Both the position numbers and the translations under genes were made by a program. This document shows, piece after piece, positions 49,960-52,824 of a stretch of DNA of 52,824 nucleotides. Source of the DNA: Macrostomum lignano (lineage: Eukaryota); assembly GCA_002269645.1 (NCBI GenBank), contig NIVC01003462.1, forward strand, positions 1 to 52,824, in the 5' to 3' direction. Within the stretch, counting starts at the first letter, position 1. Each line of letters opens with the position of its first letter. The notes below the pieces were generated by a model, which was not told the DNA's origin, searched no databases, and worked only from the letters and a program-made list of their open reading frames with translations.

Positions 49960-52432
49960 AACATCAGGCAGCCCCGAACGCGTAGGTGACAACGGCACGA
50001 CTGTCGTCGCACACTCGCTGGACGGCGCAGGCCAATCGGAGGTCGGCTGGTAGCGGGCCGGGTTGAGCCAGCTCCCACAGATAGGCCACTGCGCAGCCTG
50101 GCGACAGGGTCTAGCGGGGAGGCGGCGGGATTTACAAATTTACCAAACGCAATAGGAAAACAAAGCGATGTTTAGTCGCTGATCTCTTTAGTTTATATTC
50201 AATACTGCATGCAGGCTACCAACAGAAAATCAAATCTAAATCCTCTATATAGATTTATGTACGACAATCATCTTGTTCACCTGATTTACATTTAAGCTTG
50301 TTTCCCTCACCTCTCCGGTTACCTCGTCTAGTCCAATCTGGTTGGTCTTCTTACTCACTGAGCTTTCTTATCTGTTTATCTGCCCCATTCTGGCTTCTGA
50401 TTGGTTCTCACTTTGTCTCTCTCCCTCTCGCTGGCTCCCGATTGGTTTTCATTTCTTTTCTCTTTTTCTGTCCCTCTAGCTGGCTTCTGATTGGTTCTCA
50501 CTTCGTCTCTCACTCTCTGTCTTTCTAGCTGGCTTCTGATTGGTTCTCACTTCGTCTCTCTGCCCCTCTAGCTGGCTTCTGATTGATTTTCAAATAAGAT
50601 AATATAATAAGGTGAGCAATCGCCCATTTCTACTGTTCTGCAGGCCACCATAAACAAATAGTCTTCCAAAAACAAGCCCTTTCAGTTCCTTACCTCCTCA
50701 ACGTTGCAAAGCAGTTTGGCAGATTTTAGAGACAGCTGCGGATCCGACACGACCAGAGTCTCGTTCAGTCCTCGTTAGGCCGCAGGTGCACAGACAGGTA
50801 GGTCTTGCTGAATAAAATCAAACAAATAATAAAAAATACACGTACTCCAAATGGATTCTTCTTAATAAACTCGTAAGAAAATAACTAGCAGCCCTACTGA
50901 TACATCAGATGGAATTTTGAGCAGCCCTGACTCACGCTCCGGCACAGTGCACGCAGTGCGAGAACAACACTGGCCGCAGGTAGTGCAGTTCGACACTCGC
51001 CGACAGAGCGTCACCGCTGCCGGCAGTTGGGCCACGGCGAGGCGACTGACGGCCCGACCGCCACTGCTCGAAGACTCACCAGGCCGAGGCTTCGGCCCGG
51101 CAGGCAAATTCAAACCGCAGGTGGCCGTCCGCGTCGGTCTGGATCGCGCCAGCCAGCCTAACCCAGACGCGCCGTCGGCATCGACATCAACGCCGTCCAG
51201 TGGCAGGAGTCGGAGCTCTGGCCGCTGCCACTGCTGCTGCTGCCCGCTGCCTGGCAGGTCGATCAGTCCTGGCCGCAGGCGGACAATCAGGCGTGCTCAA
51301 AGTGGAGCAGCAGGTCGGAAGGCGGCGGCTCCGGCAGGTCCAGGCTGGGCAGCAGGCGGCCGCGCAGCGCCGGGTCGCGCCAGGACGAGTCGCAGAGCGG
51401 GCGAAGCCGACGCGCGCCGGGGGCGCCCAGGGCTCGGCGGCGACGGTAGTGGCGTCGGAGAAAAACTGCAGCCGGCCGCATTGGATGAGCAGCTCGCCGG
51501 GCTCCAGGAGGCCTGGCGTCTGATTTGGTGGTGGGCTGAGAATAGCTTTGAGCACTGGCTACTGCAAACCAAGTGTAGCTTTGAGCACTGGCTACTGCAA
51601 ATCAAGTGTAGCATTGGGCACTGGCTACTGCAAGTCAAGCATGCTTGGGCGCAACTTAGGGATTCACCCGGCCGTTTCTATGGCAACACACATGTAAGTC
51701 GCTATTGGACAGAATAGTAGTCACGTGATTGCTCTCAGCCAATAGCGACTTACATGTGTGTGTTGCCAATAGAAACGGCCGATGAATCCCTAAGTTGCGC
51801 ATGTATGAAGTCAAGTTTAGCTTTGGGCACTGGCTACTGCAAATCAAGCGGAGCTTTGGGCACTGGCTACTGCAAATCAAGTGTAGCATTGGGCACTGGC
51901 TACTGCAAATCAAGTGTAGCATTGGGCACTGGCTACTGCAAATCAAGTGTAGCTTTGGCACTGGCTACTGCAAATCAAGTGTAGCTTTGGGCGCACTCTC
52001 ACCTGAGCCTCCAGCACTATGCTATTCTCGCCCGGCACCAGCCGACTCCGCTGGCGTCAGCGCGGGCGAACCGGCCGGCGGCTCCGGCCTAGCGACGGCG
52101 GCCGCGTGCTCCGGGCTGTCCATGGAAGAGTCGCGAGACGCCGATGACGACGCCGCCAACAGCAGTTGTCGCCGGAGCGTCGGCCGATCGCCGAATCTAA
52201 CGATGCAGCGCTCGGGCCCCGGTCTGAAAAACAGCAGATCGTCGGCGATGCCCGCCAGCTGGGCAACTGGCGCGGTTGGCGTGTCGCGCCGCCTGCAGCT
52301 CCACCAGATCTCCAGGCACCAGACTGCGGGCCGACAGCCGGCCTCTGGCTGCGCTCCAGGGGAGCTGGCAGCTGCTGATGCTGACCAGGAGGAGTCTGGG
52401 CCGCCTCTCCAGGAAGAGAATCGCTGGCGGGA
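49960..52432 (-). CDS. TRAPPC10: Internal exons of a TRAPPC10 (TRS130)-like gene: 52432-52003, 51519-51080, 51016-50936, 50807-50694 and 50110-~49960; several 1-bp frameshifts; gene continues beyond the window
   Basis: Canonical, phase-compatible splice sites. Peptides LVPGENSIVLEAQ|TPGLLEPGELLIQCGRLQF, SLDLPEPPPSDLLLHFEH, VELHYLRPVLFSHCVHCAG.|KTYLSVHL..LVVSDPQL and TLSPGCAVAYLWEL..PLPADLRL..VVTYAF occur in the same order as segments I recall from metazoan TRAPPC10 (L.PG.N.I...; F..PF...H.L.S.GTRKYVQ; SVFFVWEL; YTYEF). Recalled similarity, not a search result. Confidence 0.6.
50380..50585. repeat. Short degenerate repeat (GGCTTCTGATTGGTTCTCACT) x4-5, CT-rich spacers, intronic
   Basis: Direct reading. 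Confidence 0.8.
51543..51992. repeat. 33-bp minisatellite (AGTGTAGCTTTGGGCACTGGCTACTGCAAATCA) filling intron 51520-52002, interrupted by a MITE
   Basis: Direct tandem units; 11-aa periodic ORFs. Confidence 0.95.
51640..51807. mobile_element. 168-bp palindromic MITE with an 8-bp TSD (AAGTCAAG), hAT-like by TSD length
   Basis: AAGTCAAG at 51632-51639 and 51808-51815; ~60-bp near-perfect inverted arms at 51649-51708 and 51739-51800. Confidence 0.8.
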
Positions 52433-52454
52433 CTGCGGAGGGATTGAGGGGGAG

Positions 52455-52824
52455 GTCTGTCTGTGTCAGACTGAGACTCCTGGCTGTGTCAGACTGAGTG
52501 AGAATACTGGCTGTCAGACTGAGAACTCCTGGCTGTGTCAGACTGAGTGAGAATACTGACTGTCAGACTGAGACTCCTGGCTGTGTCAGACTGAGTGAGA
52601 ATACTGGCTGTCAGACTGGAGAACTCCTGGCTGTGTCAGACTGAGTGAGAATACTGACTGTCAGACTGAGAACTCCTGTGTGTCAGACTGAGTGAGAATA
52701 CTGACTGTCAGACTGAGAACCTCCTGGCTGTGTCAGACTGAGTGAGAATACTGGCTGTCAGACTGAGAACTCCTGGCTGTGTCAGACCTGAGTGAGAATA
52801 CTGACTGTCAGACTGAGAACTCCT
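52455..52824. repeat. ~49-bp dimeric minisatellite (TCAGACTGAGTGAGAATACTGGCTG + TCAGACTGAGAACTCCTGGCTGTG), runs off the window end, intronic
   Basis: Direct reading. Confidence 0.95.

Overview
Eukaryotic, animal genomic DNA: spliceosomal introns, a Frizzled gene, and no operons or CRISPR. The GC3-rich exons, dense minisatellites and element repertoire resemble a free-living flatworm such as Macrostomum, but that is inference and the species cannot be proven from the window. Genes: a divergent PKA-like AGC kinase (-, 286-2083, 2 exons); a four-exon secreted protein that looks like a prohormone (+, 3068-5420); two tandem cyclophilin A paralogues with a gene-conversion-like mosaic (-, 7559-8370 and 11960-12768); a possible unidentified multi-exon gene (+, ~21.6-25.3 kb); a Frizzled-4-like receptor (+, 31797-33868); and internal exons of a TRAPPC10-like gene (-, ~49.96-52.43 kb). 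Mobile DNA: an internally deleted mariner with perfect TIRs and TA TSD, a Crypton-type tyrosine recombinase relic, a 5'-truncated LINE with near-intact RT, an RTE fragment, a CORE-like SINE, hAT-like ends, and a 168-bp palindromic MITE with an 8-bp TSD carrying RFX X-box motifs. About a quarter of the window is tandem repeat, and most long ORFs in the ORF track are translations of these arrays. Most gene models need 1-bp corrections in short homopolymers, which suggests long-read assembly error rather than pseudogenisation. Strongest leads: a ~4.9-kb almost CpG-free domain (12.8-17.65 kb), the candidate neuropeptide precursor, the X-box-bearing MITE and the cyclophilin conversion tract. All alignments and counts were done by eye.
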